This document shows positions 38,416 through 45,927 of a DNA stretch of 64,000 nucleotides, in pieces (the stretch's first letter is position 1; every line of letters begins with the position of its first letter). The stretch lies in the NCBI GenBank assembly GCA_031262625.1, contig JAISHJ010000007.1, positions 516 to 64,515 on the forward strand, given 5' to 3'. The notes below the pieces were generated by a model. The model had not been told where the DNA came from. It worked only from the letters and a program-made list of their open reading frames with translations, and searched no databases. This DNA comes from Ruminococcus sp. GTDB taxonomy: Bacteria > Bacillota > Clostridia > Oscillospirales > Ruminococcaceae. The translations under genes and the position numbers were made by a program.

Positions 38416-40070
38416 TGTATCAAGCACTCTATAGAAAATATCGCCCGAGAACATTTACCGATGTAGTTGCTCAAGAACACATTACAACGACGCTTCAAAA
38501 TCAGATAAGAAGCGGCAAGACCGCCCACGCGTACCTTTTCACAGGACCGCGCGGCACGGGTAAGACTACCTGTGCGCGGATTTTCGCTAAAGCTATAAAC
38601 TGCCTTAACCCTAAAGACGGTAATCCCTGTCTTGAGTGTGAAATATGCAAAGAAGCGGATACAGGTTCACTCCCCGATATAATTGAAATTGATGCCGCAT
38701 CGAATAACAGTGTAAATGACGTGCGCGACCTGCGCGAAGCAAGCGTTTATACTCCCGAAATCTGTAAGGTAAAGATTTATATTATCGACGAGGTTCATAT
38801 GCTTACAAAAGATGCGTTTAACGCGCTTTTGAAGATTATGGAAGAACCTCCCCCTCACGTGAAATTCATCTTAGCCACAACCGAACTTCACAAGGTAATT
38901 CCGACCGTAATTTCCCGCTGTCAGCGTTTTGATTTCCACAGAGTATCGGTTAAAGACATAGCAGACACGCTGAAAATTACAGCGAAACTTGAAAATATAA
39001 AAATTTCAGATGAAGCAGCAAAGCTTATCGCGAAAACCGCAGACGGCGGTATGCGTGACGGGCTTTCAATGCTCGATACCTGTATGGCGTTCGGAAGCGA
39101 AGTTACGCTTGAAATTGTATCAGCCGCCGCAGGAATAGCCGGGCGTTCACAGCTTTTCGAGCTTATTAAAGCGATTGCCGACAAAAACGCGCCCACGGCA
39201 GTAGAAATAGTTGACAGAATGTACAGCGACTCAAAAGACCTCATGCGCCTTGTAACCGAACTTGTGGAGCAGTTTAGGAACATAATGATGATAAAAGCGC
39301 TTCCGGAAGGTAAAGAGACTATCGCAGTCCTCCCGGAGGAACTTGTAACGCTTACGGAACTCGCCGAAAAACTTTCAATGACAAGAATTACGTCAACTAT
39401 AATTACCCTTCAAAAGCTTTCCGAAAGTTTGGCAAGAGCGGTTGAAAAGCGAACATCATTTGAGATAGCGATTATTAAACTCTGCGAAGAAATTTCTCAA
39501 AAAACGCAGGAAGTCCGCAGTGAAACCCAAAACAATGCTTCAAACAGTGCGCTGATTGAACGAATAAGACAGCTTGAAATGCGAGTGACAATGTTTGAGC
39601 AAGCGCCGGGCGCAAGTACCCCGACAAGACCAGAGACAGGCACCGTCGCAAAAAATGAGACAAACACTTCTGCAAGACCGGAAGCAAGTCCTCCCGGCAG
39701 ACCTGCACCGAATATTCCCGATTTATCGAAACTCACGGTCAGCGATTTTGCAATTTTTCCCGATTGGGAGAACGTTTTAACACGTTTCGGCGAAATTGAG
39801 CCGCACATAACCGCGACACTTGCAGGTTCAAGAGCGCTTTTTTACGAAAATATCCTGCTTATAATCGCGGAGAACAGATTTTTCTTAGAGCTTATAAAGC
39901 GCAAAGAAAATGCGGAACGGTTGCAATCAATACTTAGGAGCATTACCGGCAAACAGTTTTTTATACGCGCAAAATGCACTACTCCCGAAAGCACGGCAAA
40001 TTCAAGCCCGGCGGCAAGAATAATTGAAACCGCACAAAAAAACAACATCCCTGTAAAAACGGATGAATAA
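38415..40070 (+). CDS. dnaX: DNA polymerase III subunits gamma/tau
   Basis: The product contains MYQALYRKYRPRTFTDVVAQEH, GPRGTGKTT (Walker A), CLECEIC (Zn module), IIDEVHML and SRCQRFDF. Confidence 0.95.
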   Translation: MYQALYRKYRPRTFTDVVAQEHITTTLQNQIRSGKTAHAYLFTGPRGTGKTTCARIFAKAINCLNPKDGNPCLECEICKEADTGSLPDIIEIDAASNNSVNDVRDLREASVYTPEICKVKIYIIDEVHMLTKDAFNALLKIMEEPPPHVKFILATTELHKVIPTVISRCQRFDFHRVSVKDIADTLKITAKLENIKISDEAAKLIAKTADGGMRDGLSMLDTCMAFGSEVTLEIVSAAAGIAGRSQLFELIKAIADKNAPTAVEIVDRMYSDSKDLMRLVTELVEQFRNIMMIKALPEGKETIAVLPEELVTLTELAEKLSMTRITSTIITLQKLSESLARAVEKRTSFEIAIIKLCEEISQKTQEVRSETQNNASNSALIERIRQLEMRVTMFEQAPGASTPTRPETGTVAKNETNTSARPEASPPGRPAPNIPDLSKLTVSDFAIFPDWENVLTRFGEIEPHITATLAGSRALFYENILLIIAENRFFLELIKRKENAERLQSILRSITGKQFFIRAKCTTPESTANSSPAARIIETAQKNNIPVKTDE

Positions 40071-40094
40071 TAAAAAAACCTCGGAGGTTTATAA

Positions 40095-40445
40095 ATGAAA
40101 GTCAGATTACCGAACGAATTCAGACAGGGCGGCGCCCAGAACATGAACCAAATGATAACTCAAGCGAAACAGATGCAGTCGAAAATTACCGAAGTTCAAA
40201 CCGAGATTGAGGAACGTGACTTCAATATTTCCGTCGGCGGCGGCGCAGTTGAAATGATTATGAGCGGTAAAAAAGAAGTAAAGTCCCTCAAAATCAAACC
40301 CGAAGTAGTTGACCCTGCCGATGTTGAATCTCTTGAAGACCTTATCTTAAGCGCATTTAACCAAGGCGTTTCGGAAATCACAAGCGTAACCGAAACCGAA
40401 ATGGATAAGGTTACGGGCGGAGTTTCGCTTCCGGGGCTGTTTTAA
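40095..40445 (+). CDS. ybaB: YbaB/EbfC-family nucleoid-associated protein
   Basis: The product contains NMNQMITQAKQMQSKITEVQTEIEERDFNISVGGGAVEMIMSGKKEVKSLKIKPEVVDPADVESLEDLILSAFNQ. A GGAGG RBS precedes it. Confidence 0.9.
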   Translation: MKVRLPNEFRQGGAQNMNQMITQAKQMQSKITEVQTEIEERDFNISVGGGAVEMIMSGKKEVKSLKIKPEVVDPADVESLEDLILSAFNQGVSEITSVTETEMDKVTGGVSLPGLF

Positions 40446-40468
40446 ATAAACAGCACAGTTTAACGAGG

Positions 40469-40915
40469 GTGACTGTAATAAAAAAATTCCTGAAAACCTT
40501 AGGTATAACCCTACTTTTCGCCGTACCGCTGTTTATATTATGGCTTATTGTATACGTGCTTCTCTTTATAGTCTTTGCACTCAGCGGGATAATCGAAATC
40601 GGTAACGGTTGGAGTTTTTACTTAACCGACGGCGAACTATTATTTGAACTGCTCACATATATAAGTCTCATACCATGCTTCGCCTTAAGCTATCTTATTA
40701 TCAGGAAAAAAGAGAAGCGAAGAGAGAGTATCTGTAAAACCTTAACCCTTTGGCGCAACATAGGCTTTTTAATTATTTTCGGCTTGCTTATCACACTCTT
40801 TTTCGACGACTGGCTTTTTTTCAACATTAAGGAATCACCGATTGACTATATTATTTTACTTACTTTAATTATTACTTTCACTATTATTCCCGCAAAGTTA
40901 AAAAAAGACGGGTGA
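40469..40915 (+). CDS. Hypothetical 4-TM membrane protein inserted between ybaB and recR
   Basis: Only ORF and hydrophobicity evidence. It uses a GTG start and has no recognisable motif. Confidence 0.4.
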   Translation: MTVIKKFLKTLGITLLFAVPLFILWLIVYVLLFIVFALSGIIEIGNGWSFYLTDGELLFELLTYISLIPCFALSYLIIRKKEKRRESICKTLTLWRNIGFLIIFGLLITLFFDDWLFFNIKESPIDYIILLTLIITFTIIPAKLKKDG

Positions 40916-40919
40916 TAAA

Positions 40920-41519
40920 ATGGCAACGCCCCTCCCGCTTATACTCCTCTCCGAACAGTTCGCTAAACTCCCCGGTATCGGCATGAAGACTGCCGGACGG
41001 CTTGCTTATCACGTCATGCGGATGAGCAAAGAGGATGCGGAAAACTTCGCAGAAGCAATAAAAAACGTTCACGGAACGCTTCGTGAATGTAAAATCTGCC
41101 GCAATTTCACCGATAAAGAAATCTGCTCAGTCTGCTCCGACCACCGCCGCGACAAATCGACTGTATGTGTAGTAGAACTACCGAAAGATATTGAAAGTTT
41201 CGAGAAAACAAACGAATATCACGGCGTATATCATGTGCTCCACGGGCTTCTTTCCCCAATGGACGGTATCGGCGCAGACGATATTCGCATAAAAGAACTT
41301 CTGAACCGAATCTCTTCCGACCCTGCAATCTCCGAAGTAATTATGGCGGCAAGCCCTACTGTCGAAGGCGAAGCGACAAGTATTTATATAGCAAAACTCT
41401 TAAAACCTCTCGGTATAAAAGTTACGCGTCTCGCTCTCGGTATCCCTGTGGGTGCAGTTTTAGAATACACTGACAGCATAACTCTTTTCCGCGCCCTTCA
41501 AAATCGTAATGAGTTATAA
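40920..41519 (+). CDS. recR: Recombination protein RecR
   Basis: The product contains LPGIGMKTAGRLAYHV (HhH), the C4 zinc finger CKICRNFTDKEICSVC, and a Toprim domain (VCVVELPKDIESFE ... EGEATSIYIAKLL). Confidence 0.95.
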   Translation: MATPLPLILLSEQFAKLPGIGMKTAGRLAYHVMRMSKEDAENFAEAIKNVHGTLRECKICRNFTDKEICSVCSDHRRDKSTVCVVELPKDIESFEKTNEYHGVYHVLHGLLSPMDGIGADDIRIKELLNRISSDPAISEVIMAASPTVEGEATSIYIAKLLKPLGIKVTRLALGIPVGAVLEYTDSITLFRALQNRNEL

Positions 41520-41680
41520 TTTCCGACAGTTTTCTCCTCAACATTTTAGTTATTTTGCTGATTTTATCCTTAAATTATTGACATCTACCCTCAAAAGTGC
41601 TATAATATATTAGTCTCTCAACAGTAGGCAAGTGGGCAACAGTAGGCGAATGGACTACAACGAGCAACAATAGGCAACAT

Positions 41681-41753
41681 TGGGATATAGCCAAGCGGTA
41701 AGGCAACGGACTTTGACTCCGTCATTTCGGTGGTTCAAATCCACCTATCCCAG
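41681..41753 (+). tRNA. tRNA-Gln (anticodon UUG)
   Basis: TGGGATATAGCCAAGCGGTAAGGCAACGGACTTTGACTCCGTCATTTCGGTGGTTCAAATCCACCTATCCCAG. The anticodon stem is ACGGA/TCCGT with loop CTTTGAC. A TTGACA-N17-TATAAT promoter lies at 41578-41606. Confidence 0.9.
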
Positions 41754-41774
41754 CTTCGGCAGATACTTTTACAT

Positions 41775-41845
41775 TGGGGTATCGCCAAGCGGTAAGGCAC
41801 CTGACTCTGACTCAGGCATCCGGGGTTCGAATCCCTGTACCCCAG
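41775..41845 (+). tRNA. tRNA-Gln (anticodon CUG)
   Basis: TGGGGTATCGCCAAGCGGTAAGGCACCTGACTCTGACTCAGGCATCCGGGGTTCGAATCCCTGTACCCCAG. The anticodon stem is CCTGA/TCAGG with loop CTCTGAC. Confidence 0.9.
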
Positions 41846-41853
41846 TAAATAAA

Positions 41854-41887
41854 ATCCTCGTAACCTTTCGGTTACGAGGATTTTTTC
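41854..41887. terminator. Bidirectional terminator shared by the tRNA-Gln pair and the convergent MCP gene
   Basis: ATCCTCGTAACC-TTTC-GGTTACGAGGAT, followed by TTTTTT and preceded by AAAA. Confidence 0.85.
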
Positions 41888-43578
41888 TAATTTACCTTGA
41901 AGACGTTTGCTTGTTCGGTCAGGTTTGATGAAGTTTCCTTTAGTTCCACCGACAGTGTATTAATTTTATCTATATCATTGAGGTTTGAAGCTAAGACATT
42001 GGAGAGGTTGTCAATATCGCGGTTTATTGACTCAATCGTAAGGTTGAGTTCCCTCATTTCGCTTGAAAGTTCAAGAATACCTGAATTAGAAGCCTTTACG
42101 TTGTCGGAAATCTTATCAAAATAGCTTTCAGCTTCCGAACAGACCGCCGCACCGGCAACGGCTTTCTCAATCGTGATGGAAATAAGTTTCTGACTGTCCT
42201 TAGCCGCCTGTGCACTCTTTGCGGCAAGGTTTCTGACTTCCTCCGCAACGACAGCAAACCCTTTTCCGTGAGCTCCTGCACGCGCCGCTTCAACCGAAGC
42301 ATTAAGTGCTAAAATATTGGTCTGAAAGGCAATATCGTCAATAAGCTTAATTACCGAGCCGATCTGCTGACCTGATTCTTTTATGTCCGAGACAGCGGAG
42401 GAGAGTTCCTCCATCTTTTGCTTGCCTTCATCGGTAACGTCAGCGGTTTTCATGCAGTTTTCAGCTTCAGTTTCAGCTTTTCCTGCAATGTTATTGATTT
42501 CTTTTTGGAAATCAGTTGTTGTTTCCTTAATAAGTCCGACAGAATGCACACCGTCATTTGCGTTTACGGTAAATTCTTCCGTTGCTCTGTCGAGGTCGTA
42601 TGTATTGCCGCCGAGGGAAGAAGCGTACGCGGTAATCTTTCCGATTAACTCGCGAAGGGATTTCTCCATTGCCGCAAGCGATTTTCCGACAATATCGTTT
42701 TGGGTCCGCACTTCAATCTCCGCAGTAAGGTCGCCGGAAGCTATCCGACTGATTTCGGAAGACTGTTTTTCGTCTACTTCAATAAGTGCGGCAAATGAGC
42801 GTTTAAGTTCTGAAATTTCGTTATTACCGGTGATTTCGGTGATTTTTACTCCGAAGTTTCCGGAAGCAATCGCCTTCGCGAAGCCTGTAAGTTCCTTTAT
42901 CGGCGCGGCAATTTTCCGACGGATTAACGCTGATATGACAATTATTTCAATAATAAGAAGAGCAATCGCACTCGCGGTGCTTACAATTACAAAACTCGAC
43001 ATTTCGTCGTAAACCTGTTCAATAGACATATCAAGTCCGACACCTGCGACAACCTTGCCGTCTGAATTTCTTACCGGAGCATATCCCGAAAGACACATTC
43101 CGTAATCGCCGCTGTCATATATTCCGCCGTGGTAATATTCGCCTCTGCCGATAACGGAATCGAATAATTCTGTATCGAAAACATCGGCGGAATCCTCTTC
43201 CCAAAAGGGAATTGTGCCGTCACGGTCGTCGGCGGACATATAGTAGTGGGTATTTCCGTCGTCGTCAACAGGCGCCATTACGTAAAGATAAATGGCGTTA
43301 TTTGCTTCAAGCGTAGCAAGAGCGTTGTCAAGGCTTTTTTTCTGTGCTTCCCAAGCCGATAATTTTTCGGGAGGAATTTCCCCTGCGGCGATAATTTCTT
43401 CCGCAAGATCGCCGTCAATAAATGCCGCCGCACTCATTGCGCACATTTCGGCGGTATACCCGACAGAATCAGTCTCCATATTATAAGATGCAATGGTTGT
43501 AATAATTATGAGCATCAAAGCAGTAAGAATAATAGCTCCCGCTGATATGACGGTTACCATTTTAGAAACTGAATTCAT
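41887..43578 (-). CDS. Methyl-accepting chemotaxis protein (Cache-like sensor, HAMP, MA domain)
   Basis: An N-terminal TM and extracellular sensor are followed by a second TM, a HAMP domain ([20 protein letters not shown]) and the signalling hairpin ([45 protein letters not shown]). Confidence 0.9.
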   Translation of the reverse strand: MNSVSKMVTVISAGAIILTALMLIIITTIASYNMETDSVGYTAEMCAMSAAAFIDGDLAEEIIAAGEIPPEKLSAWEAQKKSLDNALATLEANNAIYLYVMAPVDDDGNTHYYMSADDRDGTIPFWEEDSADVFDTELFDSVIGRGEYYHGGIYDSGDYGMCLSGYAPVRNSDGKVVAGVGLDMSIEQVYDEMSSFVIVSTASAIALLIIEIIVISALIRRKIAAPIKELTGFAKAIASGNFGVKITEITGNNEISELKRSFAALIEVDEKQSSEISRIASGDLTAEIEVRTQNDIVGKSLAAMEKSLRELIGKITAYASSLGGNTYDLDRATEEFTVNANDGVHSVGLIKETTTDFQKEINNIAGKAETEAENCMKTADVTDEGKQKMEELSSAVSDIKESGQQIGSVIKLIDDIAFQTNILALNASVEAARAGAHGKGFAVVAEEVRNLAAKSAQAAKDSQKLISITIEKAVAGAAVCSEAESYFDKISDNVKASNSGILELSSEMRELNLTIESINRDIDNLSNVLASNLNDIDKINTLSVELKETSSNLTEQANVFKVN

Positions 43579-43766
43579 GTGCTTACCTCAAATTAAATAA
43601 AATATCTATAATTATTATATAATATTTTAATTTAAATGTCAAGTTTTTTTGTAATATAAACTATAAATTTATGTAACAAATTAAAGGAATAAATGCAAAT
43701 CCTAATAAAATACTAACAAAAATTTGATTGATTTTTGTTAATACTAAACAAATTTTGAATTAACTA

Positions 43767-43795
43767 TTGACAATCCCGCAAAATAATGTTATACT
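43767..43795 (+). promoter_or_regulatory. Near-consensus extended -10 promoter reading antisense into the recombinase gene, toward the switch and downstream operon
   Basis: TTGACA (43767-43772), then N17, then TATACT (43790-43795), with TGT immediately upstream of the -10 (TGnTATACT). It overlaps the recombinase stop codon. Confidence 0.5.
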
Positions 43796-44373
43796 GACTC
43801 GAAACCATAAGTCAGCTTTTTATAAGCAAGATTTTTATCTTCCTGCGTTATTCCGATGTATCGGCGTGTTATGGCGAAGGACGAATGGTTGTAGATATCC
43901 ATAATTACCGCAAGCGAAGCCCCTTTTTTCCAAAGGTGGTAACCGAAAGTCTTCCGGAGAGTGTGGCACGAAACGGGAACATTTACGCCGGCATTTTTCG
44001 CGGCAGTCTTTAGTATACGATATGCCTGAATACGGCTTATCGGGTGCGGACGAGTAGGGTGAGAAAATACATAGTCGTGAGACGCGGGCGAGGTTTCCTT
44101 AAACAGCATAATAAGGCAGTCCCGCAAAATCGGATTTACTGCTACGATTTTATGCTTTTTGGTCTTTTTTTCGATGATTTCAAATTCTGCACGGAGTTTG
44201 CCGGTCTCGAAATTATAAATATCTCCCCAACGCAGACGTAAAATATCGCTTATCCGAAGCGCTGTAAAGATTCCGAACTGAAAAAGCGCAAGGTTCCGGC
44301 GTTCTTTTCTCGAGGCAAAGTAGGAACAAATCATTTTAATCTGGCGTTTATCGCGGATGGGTTGCGTAGTCAT
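43789..44373 (-). CDS. Small (194 aa) catalytic-core-only tyrosine recombinase (invertase-like)
   Basis: The product contains RNLALFQFGIFTALRISDILRLRWGDI (catalytic Arg) and CHTLRKTFGYHLWKKGASLAVIMDIYNHSSFAITRRYIG (HxxR ... H ... Y). There is no N-terminal arm or core-binding domain. An AAGGAG RBS precedes it. Confidence 0.85.
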   Translation of the reverse strand: MTTQPIRDKRQIKMICSYFASRKERRNLALFQFGIFTALRISDILRLRWGDIYNFETGKLRAEFEIIEKKTKKHKIVAVNPILRDCLIMLFKETSPASHDYVFSHPTRPHPISRIQAYRILKTAAKNAGVNVPVSCHTLRKTFGYHLWKKGASLAVIMDIYNHSSFAITRRYIGITQEDKNLAYKKLTYGFESV

Positions 44374-44398
44374 AGCTTTTTCTCCTTGTTTTTATATT

Positions 44399-44427
44399 AA
44401 TGTAACAGTTTTCATAAACTGTTACAT
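44399..44427 (+). repeat. Recombination site 1 (lox-like: inverted arms around an asymmetric core)
   Basis: AATGTAACAGTT-TTCATA-AACTGTTACAT. It is the exact 29-bp reverse complement of site 3 and lies 26 bp upstream of the recombinase start codon. Confidence 0.75.
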
Positions 44428-44452
44428 AAAAACACAAGCATGACTTGCATTA

Positions 44453-44481
44453 AATGTAACATATTTCATAATCTGTTACAT
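44453..44481 (+). repeat. Recombination site 2 (same orientation as site 1, three mismatches)
   Basis: AATGTAACATAT-TTCATA-ATCTGTTACAT. Its own arms extend to TAAATGTAACA/TGTTACATTTA. Confidence 0.65.
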
Positions 44482-44505
44482 TTAACAACTTTTCAAAGAT
44501 ATAGA

Positions 44506-44530
44506 ACAGGCGGTTTGCCTGTCTTTTTTT
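44506..44530 (+). terminator. Rho-independent terminator inside the putative invertible segment (plus-strand oriented in this assembly)
   Basis: ACAGGC-GGTTT-GCCTGT followed by CTTTTTTT. Confidence 0.7.
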
Positions 44531-44601
44531 ATTTTCCTGACGTTATTTGCGAATTAATTCAAATATTATGTAGGCTTAGGTATATACTAACACGGACAAA
44601 C

Positions 44602-44649
44602 GCCGTCAATGTAACAGTTTATGAAAACTGTTACATTGACGGCTTTTTT
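44602..44649 (+). terminator. Site 3 plus GC clamp plus T-run: recombination site doubling as a strong intrinsic terminator
   Basis: GCCGTCAATGTAACAGTTT-ATGA-AAACTGTTACATTGACGGC (19-bp stem) followed by TTTTTT. The inner 29 bp (44608-44636) are AATGTAACAGTT-TATGAA-AACTGTTACAT, which is the reverse complement of site 1. Confidence 0.7.
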
Positions 44650-44724
44650 GTGCTTATAGGGAATTATATTCTTATTATACACATATTTAGGAAATATGTC
44701 AAGTGAAATCTGGAGGATATAACA

Positions 44725-45543
44725 ATGGGAGCATTTATAATTCCGGATAACGAATTATATCATATGGCTAATAATCTTGAAAGTAGTTACGGATGGGGAC
44801 TATCAAACGAAACTGTTGCTAAAATACATCAAGGTATACTTTATATGCAAATCGTTCTCGGTTTACATAATTCTTCGCTTTACAGAAAAGCCATGGCAAT
44901 TAAAGAAAAAGAGTTTATGGACGAAGCGATAAATGTTAACCAAGAAGACAGACACAAACGTATCCGAAAAGTGAACTTTTGGTTCACTTTGTTATGGATA
45001 ACTGCAATTGTATCTTTATTCTTTGGTGTTATATTATCGTTATATAAACCTGCACAATTTCTCGGAGGAATAATTCTTCTGCTTTGTCTGTTATGTATTT
45101 TAGGTGCTATAGTAACCGCAATTATAAAGCTTATTCTTAAAGGCAGGGCAAAAAAAGACGAGAAAACAATTTCATATTACAACAGAAAAATATCAGAATT
45201 TAACCCGATGGATCTTATGAACTTATGTTCAAGAATTATCTATCTCAATATGCAATATGACTTTGATTTATCTGTGATATGTGATAAACTCGGAGTTTCG
45301 ACTTCAGCTATGCGTACGAATTTTAACAAGGCTTCCGGCGGCGGAAGTACATGGATTGGCGGTGGAAGTCTTGGTCTTGTAGGTCTTGGTCTCGGTCTGA
45401 CTGCAATCAGTAAACTAAATGCTGCTGAAAAAAATTCACAATTCAACAGCAGAATGCAAGTGCTTCAAAGTTATTTGTTTTACAATAACGTAGCTGAATA
45501 TTTTAATAACATAGAACAACAATTGTACTACAATAATAGATAA
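44725..45543 (+). CDS. Hypothetical membrane protein (two central TMs, Gly-rich C-terminal segment)
   Basis: A GGAGG RBS precedes it. The TMs are FWFTLLWITAIVSLFFGVILSLY and GGIILLLCLLCILGAIVTAII. The Gly-rich stretch is GGGSTWIGGGSLGLVGLGLGL. I recognise no family. Confidence 0.6.
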   Translation: MGAFIIPDNELYHMANNLESSYGWGLSNETVAKIHQGILYMQIVLGLHNSSLYRKAMAIKEKEFMDEAINVNQEDRHKRIRKVNFWFTLLWITAIVSLFFGVILSLYKPAQFLGGIILLLCLLCILGAIVTAIIKLILKGRAKKDEKTISYYNRKISEFNPMDLMNLCSRIIYLNMQYDFDLSVICDKLGVSTSAMRTNFNKASGGGSTWIGGGSLGLVGLGLGLTAISKLNAAEKNSQFNSRMQVLQSYLFYNNVAEYFNNIEQQLYYNNR

Positions 45544-45560
45544 AATTTTGGAGGATTATC

Positions 45561-45890
45561 ATGAAAAAAAGGTTTTTCGCAATTTTGGCAATGGTTTGTC
45601 TGACATTAATACTTTTGACTGCGTGCGGTGGACTAAGCGGTACATACATCTATGTCGGTGACAGTTACGGCATTTTAGGGAGCGAACTTGAGTTTGACGG
45701 AAACGAAATGAAATGGGGTTACAGTGTCACTAAATATAAAATCAAAGGCGATGAATTCAGACTGGTAGATTCAATATCAGAAATAAGGTTCAGCTATTCA
45801 AAAAAAGGGGATTCAATATTTATTGACGAAAATGAATATGCAAAGGAAGGCTCAGATCGCCATAAAGAATGGGAAGACGAGCAGGAATAA
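45561..45890 (+). CDS. Hypothetical small lipoprotein
   Basis: The signal peptide and lipobox are MKKRFFAILAMVCLTLILLTACGG. A GGAGG RBS precedes it, 17 nt after the previous stop. Confidence 0.6.
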   Translation: MKKRFFAILAMVCLTLILLTACGGLSGTYIYVGDSYGILGSELEFDGNEMKWGYSVTKYKIKGDEFRLVDSISEIRFSYSKKGDSIFIDENEYAKEGSDRHKEWEDEQE

Positions 45891-45927
45891 GGTCAGCAAT
45901 CTATAATTATATGAAAGGCATTTTACT

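Noticed and set aside
42383-43012. 209-aa plus-strand ORF
   Set aside because: It is antisense to the MCP gene. It is Ser/Ile/Phe-rich, the mirror of the Ala/Glu-rich coiled-coil frame. It is a shadow ORF.
43665-43685. A fourth TGTAACA half-site (TTATGTAACAAAT) downstream of the recombinase gene, which could have defined an excisable recombinase cassette
   Set aside because: Only one arm is present, with no inverted partner or TTCATA/TATGAA core. A 7-mer in a very AT-rich spacer is compatible with chance.
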